This document shows positions 26,630 to 40,900 of a stretch of DNA of 64,000 nucleotides, piece by piece. Position 1 is the stretch's first letter. Every line of letters starts with the position of its first letter. Position numbers and translations under genes: made by a program. The notes below the pieces were generated by a model. It did no database searches, was not told the DNA's origin, and worked only from the letters and a program-made list of their open reading frames with translations. The DNA is from Eledone cirrhosa (Eukaryota): assembly GCA_964016885.1 (NCBI GenBank), contig OZ024742.1, forward strand, positions 24,428,001 to 24,492,000. Reading direction: 5' to 3'.

Positions 26630-27110
26630 TGGCCTGTTGCTGTAAGGCTGAAGGTATGAGATGACTGCTGTGGATTGTGGCCTGCTGCTGTAAGGCTTAA
26701 GGTATGAGATGACTGCTGTGGATTGTGGCTTGTTGTTGTGAGGCTGAAGGTATGAGATGACTGATGTGGATTGTGGCTTGTTGTTGTGAGGCTGAAGGTA
26801 CGAGATGACTGCTGTGGATTGTGGCTTGTTGTTGTGAGGCTGAAGGTATGAGATGACTGCTGTGGATTGTGGCCTGTTGCTGTAAGGCTGAAGGTATGAG
26901 ATGACTGCTGTGGATTGTGGCCTGCTGCTGTAAGGCTTAAGGTATGAGATGACTGCTGTGGATTGTGGCTTGTTGTTGTGAGGCTGAAGGTATGAGATGA
27001 CTGATGTGGATTGTGGCTTGTTGTTGTGAGGCTGAAGGTACGAGATGACTGCTGTGGATTGTGGCTTGTTGTTGTGAGGCTGAAGGTATGAGATGACTGC
27101 TGTGGATTGT
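26630..27110. repeat. 240-bp (5-monomer) tandem duplication, also present at about 30030-30510
   Basis: The marker trio CTTAAG / CTGATGTG / GGTACGAG occurs twice, 240 bp apart (CTGATG at 26761 and 27001, and again at 30164 and 30404). Confidence 0.9.
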
Positions 27111-30100
27111 GGCCTGTTGCTGTAAGGCTGAAGGTATGAGATGACTGCTGTGGATTGTGGCTTGTTGTTGTGAGGCTGAAGGTATGAGATGACTGCTGTG
27201 GATTGTGGCTTGTTGTTGTGAGGCTGAATGTATGAGATGACTGCTGTGGATTGTGGCTTGCTGTTGTGAGGCTGAAGGTATGAGATGACTGCTGTGGATT
27301 GTGGCTTGTTGTTGTGAGGCTGAAGGTATGAGATGACTGCTGTGGATTGTGGCCTGTTGCTGTAAGGATGAAGGTATGAGATGACTGCTGTGGATTGTGG
27401 CCTGCTGCTGTAAGGCTGAAGGTATAAGATGACTGCTGTGGATTGTGGCCTGCTGCTGTAAGGCTGAAGGTATGAGATGACTGCTGTGGATTGTGGCTTG
27501 TTGTTGTGAGGCTGAAGTTATGAGATGACTGCTGTGGATTGTGGCCTGCTGCTGTAAGGCTGAAGGTATGAGATGACTGCTGTGGATTGTGGCCTGCTGC
27601 TGTAAGGCTGAAGGTATGAGATGACTGCTGTGAATTGTGGCCTGCTGCTGTAAGGCTGAAGGTATGAGATGACTGCTTTAGATTGTGGCCTGCTGCTGTA
27701 AGGCTGAAATATGAGATGACTACTGTGGATTGTGGCTTGTTGTTGTGAGGCTGAAGGTATGAGATGACTGCTGTGGATTGTGGATTGTTGTTGTGAGGCT
27801 TAAGGTATGACATGACTGCTGTGGATTGTGGCCTGCTGCTGTAAGGCTGAAGGTATGAGATGACTGCTGTGGATTGTGGCTTATTGTTGTGAGGCTGAAG
27901 GTATGAGATGACTGCTGTGGATTGTGGCTTGTTGTTGTGAGGCTGAAGGTATGAGATGACTGCTGTGGATTGTGGCTTGTTGTTGTGAGGCTGAAGGTAT
28001 GAGATGACTGCTGTGGATTGTGGCTTGTTGTTGTGAGGCTGAAGGTATGAGATGACTGCTGTGGATTGTGGCTTGTTGTTGTGAGGCTGAAGGTATGAGA
28101 TGACTGCTGTGGATTGTGGCTTGTTGTTGTGAGGCTGAAGGTATGAGATGACTGCTGTGGATTGTGGCTTGTTGTTGTGAGGCTGAAGGTATGAGATGAC
28201 TGCTGTGGATTGTGGCCTGTTGCTGTAAGGCTGAAGGTATGACATGACTGCTGTGGATTGTGGCCTGCTGCTATAAGGCTGAAGGTATGAGATGACTGCT
28301 GTGGATTGTGGCCTGCTGCTGTAAGGCTGAAGTTATGAGATGACTGCTGTGGATTGTGGCCTGTTGCTGTAAGGCTGAAGGTATGAGATGACTGCTGTGG
28401 ATTGTGGCCTGCTGCTGTAAGGCTTAAGGTATGAGATGACTGCTGTGGATTGTGGCTTGTTGTTGTGAGGCTGAAGGTATGAGATGACTGCTGTGGATTG
28501 TGGCTTGTTGTTGTGAGGCTGAAGGTATGAGATGACTGCTGTGGATTGTGGCTTGTTGTTGTGAGGCTGAAGGTATGAGATGACTGCTGTGGATTGTGGC
28601 CTGTTGCTGTAAGGCTGAAGGTATGAGATGACTGCTGTGGATTGTGGCTTGTTGTTTTGAGGCTGAAGGTATGAGATGACTGCTGTGGATTGTGGCTTGT
28701 TGTGAGGCTGAAGGTATGAGATGACTGCTGTGGATTGTGGCTTGTTGTTGTGAGGCTGAAGGTATGAGATGACTGCTGTGGATTGTGGCTTGTTGTTGTG
28801 AGGCTGAAGGTATGAGATGACTGCTGTGGATTGTGGCCTGTTGCTGTAAGGCTGAAGGTATGAGATGACTGCTGTGGATTGTGGCCTGCTGCTGTAAGGC
28901 TGAAGGTATGAGATGACTGCTGTGGATTGTGGCCTGCTGCTGTAAGGCTGAAGGTATGAGATGACTGCTGTGGTCTGTGGCTTGTTGTTGTGAGGCTGAA
29001 GTTATGAGATGACTGCTGTGGATTGTGGCCTGCTGCTGTAAGGCTGAAGGTATGAGATGACTGCTGTGGATTGTGGCCTGCTGCTGTAAGGCTGAAGGTA
29101 TGAGATGACTGCTGTGGATTGTGGCCTGCTGCTGTAAGGCTGAAGGTATGAGATGACTGCTGTAGATTGTGGCCTGCTGCTGTAAGGCTGAAATATGAGA
29201 TGACTACTGTGGATTGTGGCTTGTTGTTGTGAGGCTGAAGGTATGAGATGACTGCTGTGGATTGTGGCCTGCTGCTGTAAGGCTGAAGGTATGAGATGAC
29301 TGCTGTGGATTGTGGCTTGTTGTTGTGAGGCTGAAGGTATGAGATGACTGTTGTGGATTGTGGCCTGTTGCTGTAAGACTGAAGGTATGAGATGACTGCT
29401 GTGGATTGTGGCTTGTTGTTGTGAGGCTGAAGGTATGAGATGACTGCTGTGGATTGTGGCTTGTTGTTGTGAGGCTAAAGGTATGAGATGACTGCTGTGG
29501 ATTGTGGCCTGCTGCTGTAAGACTGAAGTTATGAGATGACTGCGGTGGATTGTGGCCTGCTGCTGTAAGGCTGAAGGTATGAGATGACTGCTGTGGATTG
29601 TGGCTTGTTGTTGTGAGGCTGAAGGTATGAGATGACTGCTGTGGATTGTGGATTGTTGTTGTGAGGCTTAAGGTATGACATGACTGCTGTGGATTGTGGC
29701 CTGCTGCTGTAAGGCTGAAGGTATGAGATGACTGCTGTGGATTGTGGCTTGTTGTTGTGAGGCTGAAGGTATGAGATGACTGCTGTGGATTGTGGCTTGT
29801 TGTTGTGAGGCTGAAGGTATGAGATGACTGCTGTGGATTGTGGCTTGTTGTTGTGAGGCCGAAGTTATGAGATGACTGCTGTGGATTGTGGCCTGCTGCT
29901 GTAAGGCTGAAGGTATGAGATGACTGCTGTGGATTGTGGCCTGCTGCTGTAAGGCTGAAGGTATGAGATGACTGCTGTGGATTGTGGCCTGCTGCTGTAA
30001 GGCTGAAGTTATGAGATGACTGCTGTGGATTGTGGCCTGTTGCTGTAAGGCTGAAGGTATGAGATGACTGCTGTGGATTGTGGCCTGCTGCTGTAAGGCT

Positions 30101-33100
30101 TAAGGTATGAGATGACTGCTGTGGATTGTGGCTTGTTGTTGTGAGGCTGAAGGTATGAGATGACTGATGTGGATTGTGGCTTGTTGTTGTGAGGCTGAAG
30201 GTACGAGATGACTGCTGTGGATTGTGGCTTGTTGTTGTGAGGCTGAAGGTATGAGATGACTGCTGTGGATTGTGGCCTGTTGCTGTAAGGCTGAAGGTAT
30301 GAGATGACTGCTGTGGATTGTGGCCTGCTGCTGTAAGGCTTAAGGTATGAGATGACTGCTGTGGATTGTGGCTTGTTGTTGTGAGGCTGAAGGTATGAGA
30401 TGACTGATGTGGATTGTGGCTTGTTGTTGTGAGGCTGAAGGTACGAGATGACTGCTGTGGATTGTGGCTTGTTGTTGTGAGGCTGAAGGTATGAGATGAC
30501 TGCTGTGGATTGTGGCCTGTTGCTGTAAGGCTGAAGGTATGACATGACTGCTGTGGATTGTGGCTTGTTGTTGTGAGGCTGAAGGTATGAGATGACTGCT
30601 GTGGATTGTGGCTTGTTGTTGTGAGGCTGAAGGTATGAGATGACTGCTGTGGATTGTGGCTTGCTGTTGTGAGGCTGAAGGTATGAGATGACTGCTGTGG
30701 ATTGTGGCTTGTTGTTGTGAGGCTGAAGGTATGAGATGACTGCTGTGGATTGTGGCCTGTTGCTGTAAGGATGAAGGTATGAGATGACTGCTGTGGTTTG
30801 TGGCCTGCTGCTGTAAGGCTGAAGGTATAAGATGACTGCTGTGGATTGAGGCCTGCTGCTGTAAGGCTGAAGGTATGAGATGACTGCTGTGGATTGTGGC
30901 CTGCTGCTGTAAGGCTGAAGGTATGAGATGACTGCTGTGAATTGTGGCCTGCTGCTGTAAGGCTGAAGGTATGAGATGACTGCTGTAGATTGTGGCCTGC
31001 TGCTGTAAGGCTGAAATATGAGATGACTACTGTGGATTGTGGCTTGTTGTTGTGAGGCTGAAGGTATGAGATGACTGCTGTGGATTGTGGATTGTTGTTG
31101 TGAGGCTTAAGGTATGACATGACTGCTGTGGATTGTGGCCTGCTGCTGTAAGGCTGAAGGTATGAGATGACTGCTGTGGATTGTGGCTTATTGTTGTGAG
31201 GCTGAAGGTATGAGATGACTGCTGTGGATTGTGGCTTGTTGTTGTGAGGCTGAAGGTATGAGATGACTGCTGTGGATCGTGGCTTGTTGTTGTGAGGCTG
31301 AAGGTATGAGATGACTGCTGTGGATTGTGGCTTGTTGTTGTGAGGCTGAAGGTATGAGATGACTGCTGTGGATTGTGGCTTGTTGTTGTGAGGCTGAAGG
31401 TATGAGATGACTGCTGTGGATTGTGGCTTGTTGTTGTGAGGCTGAAGGTATGAGATGACTGCTGTGGATTGTGGCTTGTTGTTGTGAGGCTGAAGGTATG
31501 AGATGACTGCTGTGGATTGTGGCCTGTTGCTGTAAGGCTGAAGGTATGAGATGACTGCTGTGGATTGTGGCCTGCTGCTGTAAGGCTTAAGGTATGAGAT
31601 GACTGCTGTGGATTGTGGCTTGTTGTTGTGAGGCTGAAGGTATGAGATGACTGATGTGGATTGTGGCTTGTTGTTGTGAGGCTGAAGGTACGAGATGACT
31701 GCTGTGGATTGTGGCTTGTTGTTGTGAGGCTGAAGGTATGAGATGACTGCTGTGGATTGTGGCCTGTTGCTGTAAGGCTGAAGGTATGAGATGACTGCTG
31801 TGGATTGTGGCCTGCTGCTGTAAGGCTGAAGGTATGAGATGACTGCTGTGGATTGTGGCCTGCTGCTGTAAGGCTGAAGGTATGAGATGACTGCTGTGAA
31901 TTGTGGCCTGCTGCTGTAAGGCTGAAGGTATGAGATGACTGCTGTAGATTGTGGCCTGCTGCTGTAAGGCTGAAATATGAGATGACTACTGTGGATTGTG
32001 GCTTGTTGTTGTGAGGCTGAAGGTATGAGATGACTGCTGTGGATTGTGGCCTGCTGCTGTAAGGCTGAAGGTATGAGATGACTGCTGTGGATTGTGGCCT
32101 GTTGCTGTAAGGCTGAAGGTATGAGATGACTGCTGTGGATTGTGGCCTGTTGCTGTAAGGCTGAAGGTATGAGATGACTGCTGTGGATTGTGGCTTGTTG
32201 TTGTGAGGCTGAAGGTATGAGATGACTGCTGTGGATTGTGGCTTGTTGTTGTGAGGCTGAAGGTATGAGATGACTGCTGTGGATTGTGGCTTGTTGTTGT
32301 GAGGCTGAAGGTATGAGATGACTGCTGTGGATTGTGGCTTGTTGTTGTGAGGCTGAAGGTATGAGATGACTGCTGTGGATTGTGGCCTGTTGCTGTAAGG
32401 CTGAAGGTATGAGATGACTGCTGTGGATTGTGGCTTGTTGTTGTGAGGCTGAAGGTATGAGATGACTGCTGTGGATTGTGGCTTGTTGTTGTGAGGCTGA
32501 AGGTATGAGATGACTGCTGTGGATTGTGGCTTGCTGTTGTGAGGCTGAAGGTATGAGATGACTGCTGTGGATTGTGGCTTGTTGTTGTGAGGCTGAAGGT
32601 ATGAGATGACTGCTGTGGATTGTGGCCTGTTGCTGTAAGGATGAAGGTATGAGATGACTGCTGTGGATTGTGGCCTGCTGCTGTAAGGCTGAAGGTATAA
32701 GATGACTGCTGTGGATTGTGGCCTGCTGCTGTAAGGCTGAAGGTATGAGATGACTGCTGTGGATTGTGGCTTGTTGTTGTGAGGCTGAAGTTATGAGATG
32801 ACTGCTGTGGATTGTGGCCTGCTGCTGTAAGGCTGAAGGTATGAGATGACTGCTGTGGATTGTGGCCTGCTGCTGTAAGGCTGAAGGTATGAGATGACTG
32901 CTGTGAATTGTGGCCTGCTGCTGTAAGGCTGAAGGTATGAGATGACTGCTGTAGATTGTGGCCTGCTGCTGTAAGGCTGAAATATGAGATGACTACTGTG
33001 GATTGTGGCTTGTTGTTGTGAGGCTGAAGGTATGAGATGACTGCTGTGGATTGTGGATTGTTGTTGTGAGGCTTAAGGTATGACATGACTGCTGTGGATT

Positions 33101-34999
33101 GTGGCCTGCTGCTGTAAGGCTGAAGGTATGAGATGACTGCTGTGGATTGTGGCTTATTGTTGTGAGGCTGAAGGTATGAGATGACTGCTGTGGATTGTGG
33201 CTTGTTGTTGTGAGGCTGAAGGTATGAGATGACTGCTGTGGATTGTGGCTTGTTGTTGTGAGGCTGAAGGTATGAGATGACTGCTGTGGATTGTGGCTTG
33301 TTGTTGTGAGGCTGAAGGTATGAGATGACTGCTGTGGATTGTGGCTTGTTGTTGTGAGGCTGAAGGTATGAGATGACTGCTGTGGATTGTGGCCTGTTGC
33401 TGTAAGGCTGAAGGTATGAGATAACTGCTGTGGATTGTGGCCTGTTGCTGTAAGGCTGAAGGTATGAGATGACTGCTGTGGATTGTGGCCTGCTGCTGTA
33501 AGGCTGAAGGTATGAGATGACTGCTGTGTATTGTGGCCTGCTGCTGTAAGGCTGAAGGTATGAGATGACTGCTGTAGATTGTGGCCTGCTGTTGCAAGGC
33601 TGAAATATGAGATGACTACTGTGGATTGTGGCTTGTTGTTGTGAGGCTGAAGGTATGAGATGACTGCTGTGGATTGTGGCCTGCTGCTGTAAGGCTGAAG
33701 GTATGAGATGACTGCTGTGGATTGTGGCCTGTTGCTGTAAGGCTGAAGGTATGAGATGACTGCTGTGGATTGTGGCTTGTTGTTGTGAGGCTGAAGGTAT
33801 GAGATGACTGCTGTGGATTGTGGCTTGTTGTTGTGAGGCTGAAGGTATGAGATGACTGCTGTGGATTGTAGCTTGTTGTTGTGAGGCTGAAGGTATGAGA
33901 TGACTGCTGTGGATTGTGGCTTGTTGTTGTGAGGCTGAAGGTATGAGATGACTGCTGTGGATTGTGGCCTGTTGCTGTAAGGCTGAAGGTATGAGATGAC
34001 TGCTGTGGATTGTGGCTTGTTGTTGTGAGGCTGAAGGTATGAGATGACTGCTGTGGATTGTGGCTTGTTGTGAGGCTGAAGGTATGAGATGACTGCTGTG
34101 GATTGTGGCTTGTTGTTGTGAGGCTGAAGGTATGAGATGACTGCTGTGGATTGTGGCCTGCTGCTGCAAGGCTGAAATATGAGATGACTACTGTGGATTG
34201 TGGCTTGTTGTTGTGAGGCTGAAGGTATGAGATGACTGCTGTGGATTGTGGCCTGCTGCTGTAAGGCTGAAGGTATGAGATGACTGCTGTGGATTGTGGC
34301 CTGTTGCTGTAAGGCTGAAGGTATGAGATGACTGCTGTGGATTGTGGCCTGTTGCTGTAAGGCTGAAGGTATGAGATGACTGCTGTGGATTGTGGCTTGT
34401 TGTTGTGAGGCTGAAGGTATGAGATGACTGCTGTGGATTGTGGCTTGTTGTTGTGAGGCTGAAGGTATGAGATGACTGCTGTGGATTGTGGCTTGTTGTT
34501 GTGAGGCTGAAGGTATGAGATGACTGCTGTGGATTGTGGCTTGTTGTTGTGAGGCTGAAGGTATGAGATGACTGCTGTGGATTGTGGCCTGTTGCTGTAA
34601 GGCTGAAGGTATGAGATGACTGCTGTGGATTGTGGCTTGTTGTTGTGAGGCTGAAGGTATGAGATGACTGCTGTGGATTGTGGCTTGTTGTGAGGCTGAA
34701 GGTATGAGATGACTGCTGTGGATTGTGGCTTGTTGTTGTGAGGCTGAAGGTATGAGATGACTGCTGTGGATTGTGGCTTGTTGTTGTGAGGCTGAAGGTA
34801 TGAGATGACTGCTGTGGATTGTGGCCTGTTGCTGTAAGGCTGAAGGTATGAGATGACTGCTGTGGATTGTGGCCTGCTGCTGTAAGGCTGAAGGTATGAG
34901 ATGACTGCTGTGGATTGTGGCCTGCTGCTGTAAGGCTGAAGGTATGAGATGACTGCTGTGGTTTGTGGCTTGTTGTTGTGAGGCTGAAGTTATGAGATG

Positions 35000-37900
35000 A
35001 CTGCTGTGGATTGTGGCCTGCTGCTGTAAGGCTGAAGGTATGAGATGACTGCTGTGGATTGTGGCCTGCTGCTGTAAGGCTGAAGGTATGAGATGACTGC
35101 TGTGGATTGTGGCCTGCTGCTGTAAGGCTGAAGGTATGAGATGACTGCTGTAGATTGTGGCCTGCTGCTGTAAGGCTGAAATATGAGATGACTACTGTGG
35201 ATTGTGGCTTGTTGTTGTGAGGCTGAAGGTATGAGATGACTGCTGTGGATTGTGGCCTGCTGCTGTAAGGCTGAAGGTATGAGATGACTGCTGTGGATTG
35301 TGGCCTGTTGCTGTAAGGCTGAAGGTATGAGATGACTGCTGTGGATTGTGGCCTGTTGCTGTAAGGCTGAAGGTATGAGATGACTGCTGTGGATTGTGGC
35401 TTGTTGTTGTGAGGCTGAAGGTATGAGATGACTGTTGTGGATTGTGGCCTGTTGCTGTAAGACTGAAGGTATGAGATGACTGCTGTGGATTGTGGCTTGT
35501 TGTTGTGAGGCTGAAGGTATGAGATGACTGCTGTGGATTGTGGCTTGTTGTTGTGAGGCTAAAGGTATGAGATGACTGCTGTGGATTGTGGCCTGCTGCT
35601 GTAAGACTGAAGTTATGAGATGACTGCGGTGGATTGTGGCCTGCTGCTGTAAGGCTGAAGGTATGAGATGACTGCTGTGGATTGTGGCTTGTTGTTGTGA
35701 GGCTGAAGGTATGAGATGACTGCTGTGGATTGTGGATTGTTGTTGTGAGGCTTAAGGTATGACATGACTGCTGTGGATTGTGGCCTGCTGCTGTAAGGCT
35801 GAAGGTATGAGATGACTGCTGTGGATTGTGGCTTGTTGTTGTGAGGCTGAAGGTATGAGATGACTGCTGTGGATTGTGGCTTGTTGTTGTGAGGCTGAAG
35901 GTATGAGATGACTGCTGTGGATTGTGGCTTGTTGTTGTGAGGCCGAAGTTATGAGATGACTGCTGTGGATTGTGGCCTGCTGCTGTAAGGCTGAAGGTAT
36001 GAGATGACTGCTGTGGATTGTGGCCTGCTGCTGTAAGGCTGAAGGTATGAGATGACTGCTGTGGATTGTGGCCTGCTGCTGTAAGGCTGAAGTTATGAGA
36101 TGACTGCTGTGGATTGTGGCCTGTTGCTGTAAGGCTGAAGGTATGAGATGACTGCTGTGGATTGTGGCCTGCTGCTGTAAGGCTTAAGGTATGAGATGAC
36201 TGCTGTGGATTGTGGCTTGTTGTTGTGAGGCTGAAGGTATGAGATGACTGATGTGGATTGTGGCTTGTTGTTGTGAGGCTGAAGGTACGAGATGACTGCT
36301 GTGGATTGTGGCTTGTTGTTGTGAGGCTGAAGGTATGAGATGACTGCTGTGGATTGTGGCCTTTTGCTGTAAGGCTGAAGGTATGAGATGACTGCTGTGG
36401 ATTGTGGCCTGCTGCTGTAAGGCTGAAAGTATGAGATGACTGCTGTGGATTGTGGCCTGCTGCTGTAAGGCTGAAGGTATGAGATGACTGCTGTGAATCG
36501 TGGCCTGCTGCTGTAAGGCTGAAGGTATGAGATGACTGCTGTAGATTGTGGCCTGCTGCTGTAAGGCTGAAATATGAGATGACTACTGTGGATTGTGGCT
36601 TGTTGTTGTGAGGCTGAAGATATGAGATGACTGCTGTGGATTGTGGCCTGCTGCTGTAAGGCTGAAGTTATGAGATGACTGCTGTGGATTGTGGCCTGTT
36701 GCTGTAAGGCTGAAGGTATGAGATGACTGCTGTGGATTGTGGCCTGTTGCTGTAAGGCTGAAGGTATGAGATGACTGCTGTGGATTGTGGCTTGTTGTTG
36801 TGAGGCTGAAGGTATGAGATGACTGCTGTGGATTGTGGCTTGTTGTTGTGAGGCTGAAGGTATGAGATGACTGCTGTGGATTGTGGCTTGTTGTTGTGAG
36901 GCTGAAGGTATGAGATGACTGCTGTGGATTGTGGCTTGTTGTTGTGAGGCTGAAGGTATGAGATGACTGCTGTGGATTGTGGCCTGTTGCTGTAAGGCTG
37001 AAGGTATGAGATGACTGCTGTGGATTGTGGCTTGTTGTTGTGAGGCTGAAGGTATGAGATGACTGCTGTGGATTGTGCCTTGTTGTTGTGAGGCTGAAGG
37101 TATGAGATGACTGCTGTGGATTGTGGCTTGCTGTTGTGAGGCTGAAGGTATGAGATGACTGCTGTGGATTGTGGCTTGTTGTTGTGAGGCTGAAGGTATG
37201 AGATGACTGCTGTGGATTGTGGCCTGTTGCTGTAAGGCTGAAGGTATGAGATGACTGCTGTGGATTGTGGCCTGCTGCTGTAAGGCTGAAGGTATGAGAT
37301 GACTGCTGTGGATTGTGGCCTGCTGCTGTAAGGCTGAAGGTATGAGATGACTGCTGTGGATTGTGGCTTGTTGTTGTGAGGCTGAAGTTATGAGATGACT
37401 GCTGTGGATTGTGGCCTGCTGCTGTAAGGCTGAAGGTATGAGATGACTGCTGTGGATTGTGGCCTGCTGCTGTAAGGCTGAAGGTATGAGATGACTGCTG
37501 TGGATTGTGGCCTGTTGCTGTAAGGCTGAAGGTATGAGATGACTGATGTGAATTGTGGCCTGTTGCTGTAAGGCTGAAGGTATGAGATGACTGCTGTGGA
37601 TTGTGGCTTGTTGTTGTGAGGCTGAAGGTATGAGATGACTGCTGTGGATTGTGGCTTGTTGTTGTGAGGCTGAAGGTATGAGATGACTGCTGTGGATTGT
37701 GGCCTGTTGCTGTAAGGCTGAAGGTATGAGATGACTGCTGTGGATTGTGGCTTGTTGTTGTGAGGCTGAAGGTATGAGATGACTGCTGTGGATTGTGGCT
37801 TGTTGTGAGGCTGAAGGTATGAGATGACTGCTGTGGATTGTGGCTTGTTGTTGTGAGGCTGAAGGTATGAGATGACTGGTGTGGATTGTGGCTTGTTGTT

Positions 37901-40900
37901 GTGAGGCTGAAGGTATGAGATGACTGCTGTGGATTGTGGCCTGTTGCTGTAAGGCTGAAGGTATGAGATGACTGCTGTGGATTGTGGCCTGCTGCTGTAA
38001 GGCTGAAGGTATGAGATGACTGCTGTGGATTGTGGCCTGCTGCTGTAAGGCTGAAGGTATGAGATGACTGCTGTGGTTTGTGGCTTGTTGTTGTGAGGCT
38101 GAAGTTATGAGATGACTGCTGTGGATTGTGGCCTGCTGCTGTAAGGCTGAAGGTATGAGATGACTGCTGTGGATTGTGGCCTGCTGCTGTAAGGCTGAAG
38201 GTATGAGATGACTGCTGTGGATTGTGGCTTGTTGTTGTGAGGCTGAAGGTATGAGATGACTGCTGTGGATTGTGGCTTGTTGTTGTGAGGCTGAAGGTAT
38301 GAGATGACTGCTGTGGATTGTGGCCTGTTGCTGTAAGGCTGAAGGTATGAGATGACTGCTGTGGATTGTGGCTTGTTGTTGTGAGGCTGAAGGTATGAGA
38401 TGACTGCTGTGGATTGTGGCTTGTTGTGAGGCTGAAGGTATGAGATGACTGCTGTGGATTGTGGCTTGTTGTTGTGAGGCTGAAGGTATGAGATGACTGC
38501 TGTGGATTGTGGCTTGTTGTTGTGAGGCTGAAGGTATGAGATGACTGCTGTGGATTGTGGCCTGTTGCTGTAAGGCTGAAGGTATGAGATGACTGCTGTG
38601 GATTGTGGCCTGCTGCTGTAAGGCTGAAGGTATGAGATGACTGCTGTGGATTGTGGCCTGCTGCTGTAAGGCTGAAGGTATGAGATGACTGCTGTGGTTT
38701 GTGGCTTGTTGTTGTGAGGCTGAAGTTATGAGATGACTGCTGTGGATTGTGGCCTGCTGCTGTAAGGCTGAAGGTATGAGATGACTGCTGTGGATTGTGG
38801 CCTGCTGCTGTAAGGCTGAAGGTATGAGATGACTGCTGTGGATTGTGGCCTGCTGCTGTAAGGCTGAAGGTATGAGATGACTGCTGTAGATTGTGGCCTG
38901 CTGCTGTAAGGCTGAAATATGAGATGACTACTGTGGATTGTGGCTTGTTGTTGTGAGGCTGAAGGTATGAGATGACTGCTGTGGATTGTGGCCTGCTGCT
39001 GTAAGGCTGAAGGTATGAGATGACTGCTGTGGATTGTGGCCTGTTGCTGTAAGGCTGAAGGTATGAGATGACTGCTGTGGATTGTGGCCTGTTGCTGTAA
39101 GGCTGAAGGTATGAGATGACTGCTGTGGATTGTGGCTTGTTGTTGTGAGGCTGAAGGTATGAGATGACTGTTGTGGATTGTGGCCTGTTGCTGTAAGACT
39201 GAAGGTATGAGATGACTGCTGTGGATTGTGGCTTGTTGTTGTGAGGCTGAAGGTATGAGATGACTGCTGTGGATTGTGGCTTGTTGTTGTGAGGCTAAAG
39301 GTATGAGATGACTGCTGTGGATTGTGGCCTGCTGCTGTAAGGCTGAAGGTATGAGATGACTGCTGTGGATTGTGGCTTGTTGTTGTGAGGCTGAAGGTAT
39401 GAGATGACTGCTGTGGATTGTGGCTTGTTGTTGTGAGGCTGAAGGTATGAGATGACTGCTGTGGATTGTGGCCTGTTGCTGTAAGGCTGAAGGTATGAGA
39501 TGACTGCTGTGGATTGTGGCTTGTTGTTGTGAGGCTGAAGGTATGAGATGACTGCTGTGGATTGTGGCTTGTTGTGAGGCTGAAGGTATGAGATGACTGC
39601 TGTGGATTGTGGCTTGTTGTTGTGAGGCTGAAGGTATGAGATGACTGCTGTGGATTGTGGCTTGTTGTTGTGAGGCTGAAGGTATGAGATGACTGCTGTG
39701 GATTGTGGCCTGTTGCTGTAAGGCTGAAGGTATGAGATGACTGCTGTGGATTGTGGCCTGCTGCTGTAAGGCTGAAGGTATGAGATGACTGCTGTGGATT
39801 GTGGCCTGCTGCTGTAAGGCTGAAGGTATGAGATGACTGCTGTGGTTTGTGGCTTGTTGTTGTGAGGCTGAAGTTATGAGATGACTGCTGTGGATTGTGG
39901 CCTGCTGCTGTAAGGCTGAAGGTATGAGATGACTGCTGTGGATTGTGGCCTGCTGCTGTAAGGCTGAAGGTATGAGATGACTGCTGTGGATTGTGGCCTG
40001 CTGCTGTAAGGCTGAAGGTATGAGATGACTGCTGTAGATTGTGGCCTGCTGCTGTAAGGCTGAAATATGAGATGACTACTGTGGATTGTGGCTTGTTGTT
40101 GTGAGGCTGAAGGTATGAGATGACTGCTGTGGATTGTGGCCTGCTGCTGTAAGGCTGAAGGTATGAGATGACTGCTGTGGATTGTGGCCTGTTGCTGTAA
40201 GGCTGAAGGTATGAGATGACTGCTGTGGATTGTGGCCTGTTGCTGTAAGGCTGAAGGTATGAGATGACTGCTGTGGATTGTGGCTTGTTGTTGTGAGGCT
40301 GAAGGTATGAGATGACTGTTGTGGATTGTGGCCTGTTGCTGTAAGACTGAAGGTATGAGATGACTGCTGTGGATTGTGGCTTGTTGTTGTGAGGCTGAAG
40401 GTATGAGATGACTGCTGTGGATTGTGGCTTGTTGTTGTGAGGCTAAAGGTATGAGATGACTGCTGTGGATTGTGGCCTGCTGCTGTAAGACTGAAGTTAT
40501 GAGATGACTGCGGTGGATTGTGGCCTGCTGCTGTAAGGCTGAAGGTATGAGATGACTGCTGTGGATTGTGGCTTGTTGTTGTGAGGCTGAAGGTATGAGA
40601 TGACTGCTGTGGATTGTGGATTGTTGTTGTGAGGCTTAAGGTATGACATGACTGCTGTGGATTGTGGCCTGCTGCTGTAAGGCTGAAGGTATGAGATGAC
40701 TGCTGTGGATTGTGGTTTGTTGTTGTGAGGCTGAAGGTATGAGATGACTGCTGTGGATTGTGGCTTGTTGTTGTGAGGCTGAAGGTATGAGATGACTGCT
40801 GTGGATTGTGGCTTGTTGTTGTGAGGCCGAAGTTATGAGATGACTGCTGTGGATTGTGGCCTGCTGCTGTAAGGCTGAAGGTATGAGATGACTGCTGTGG

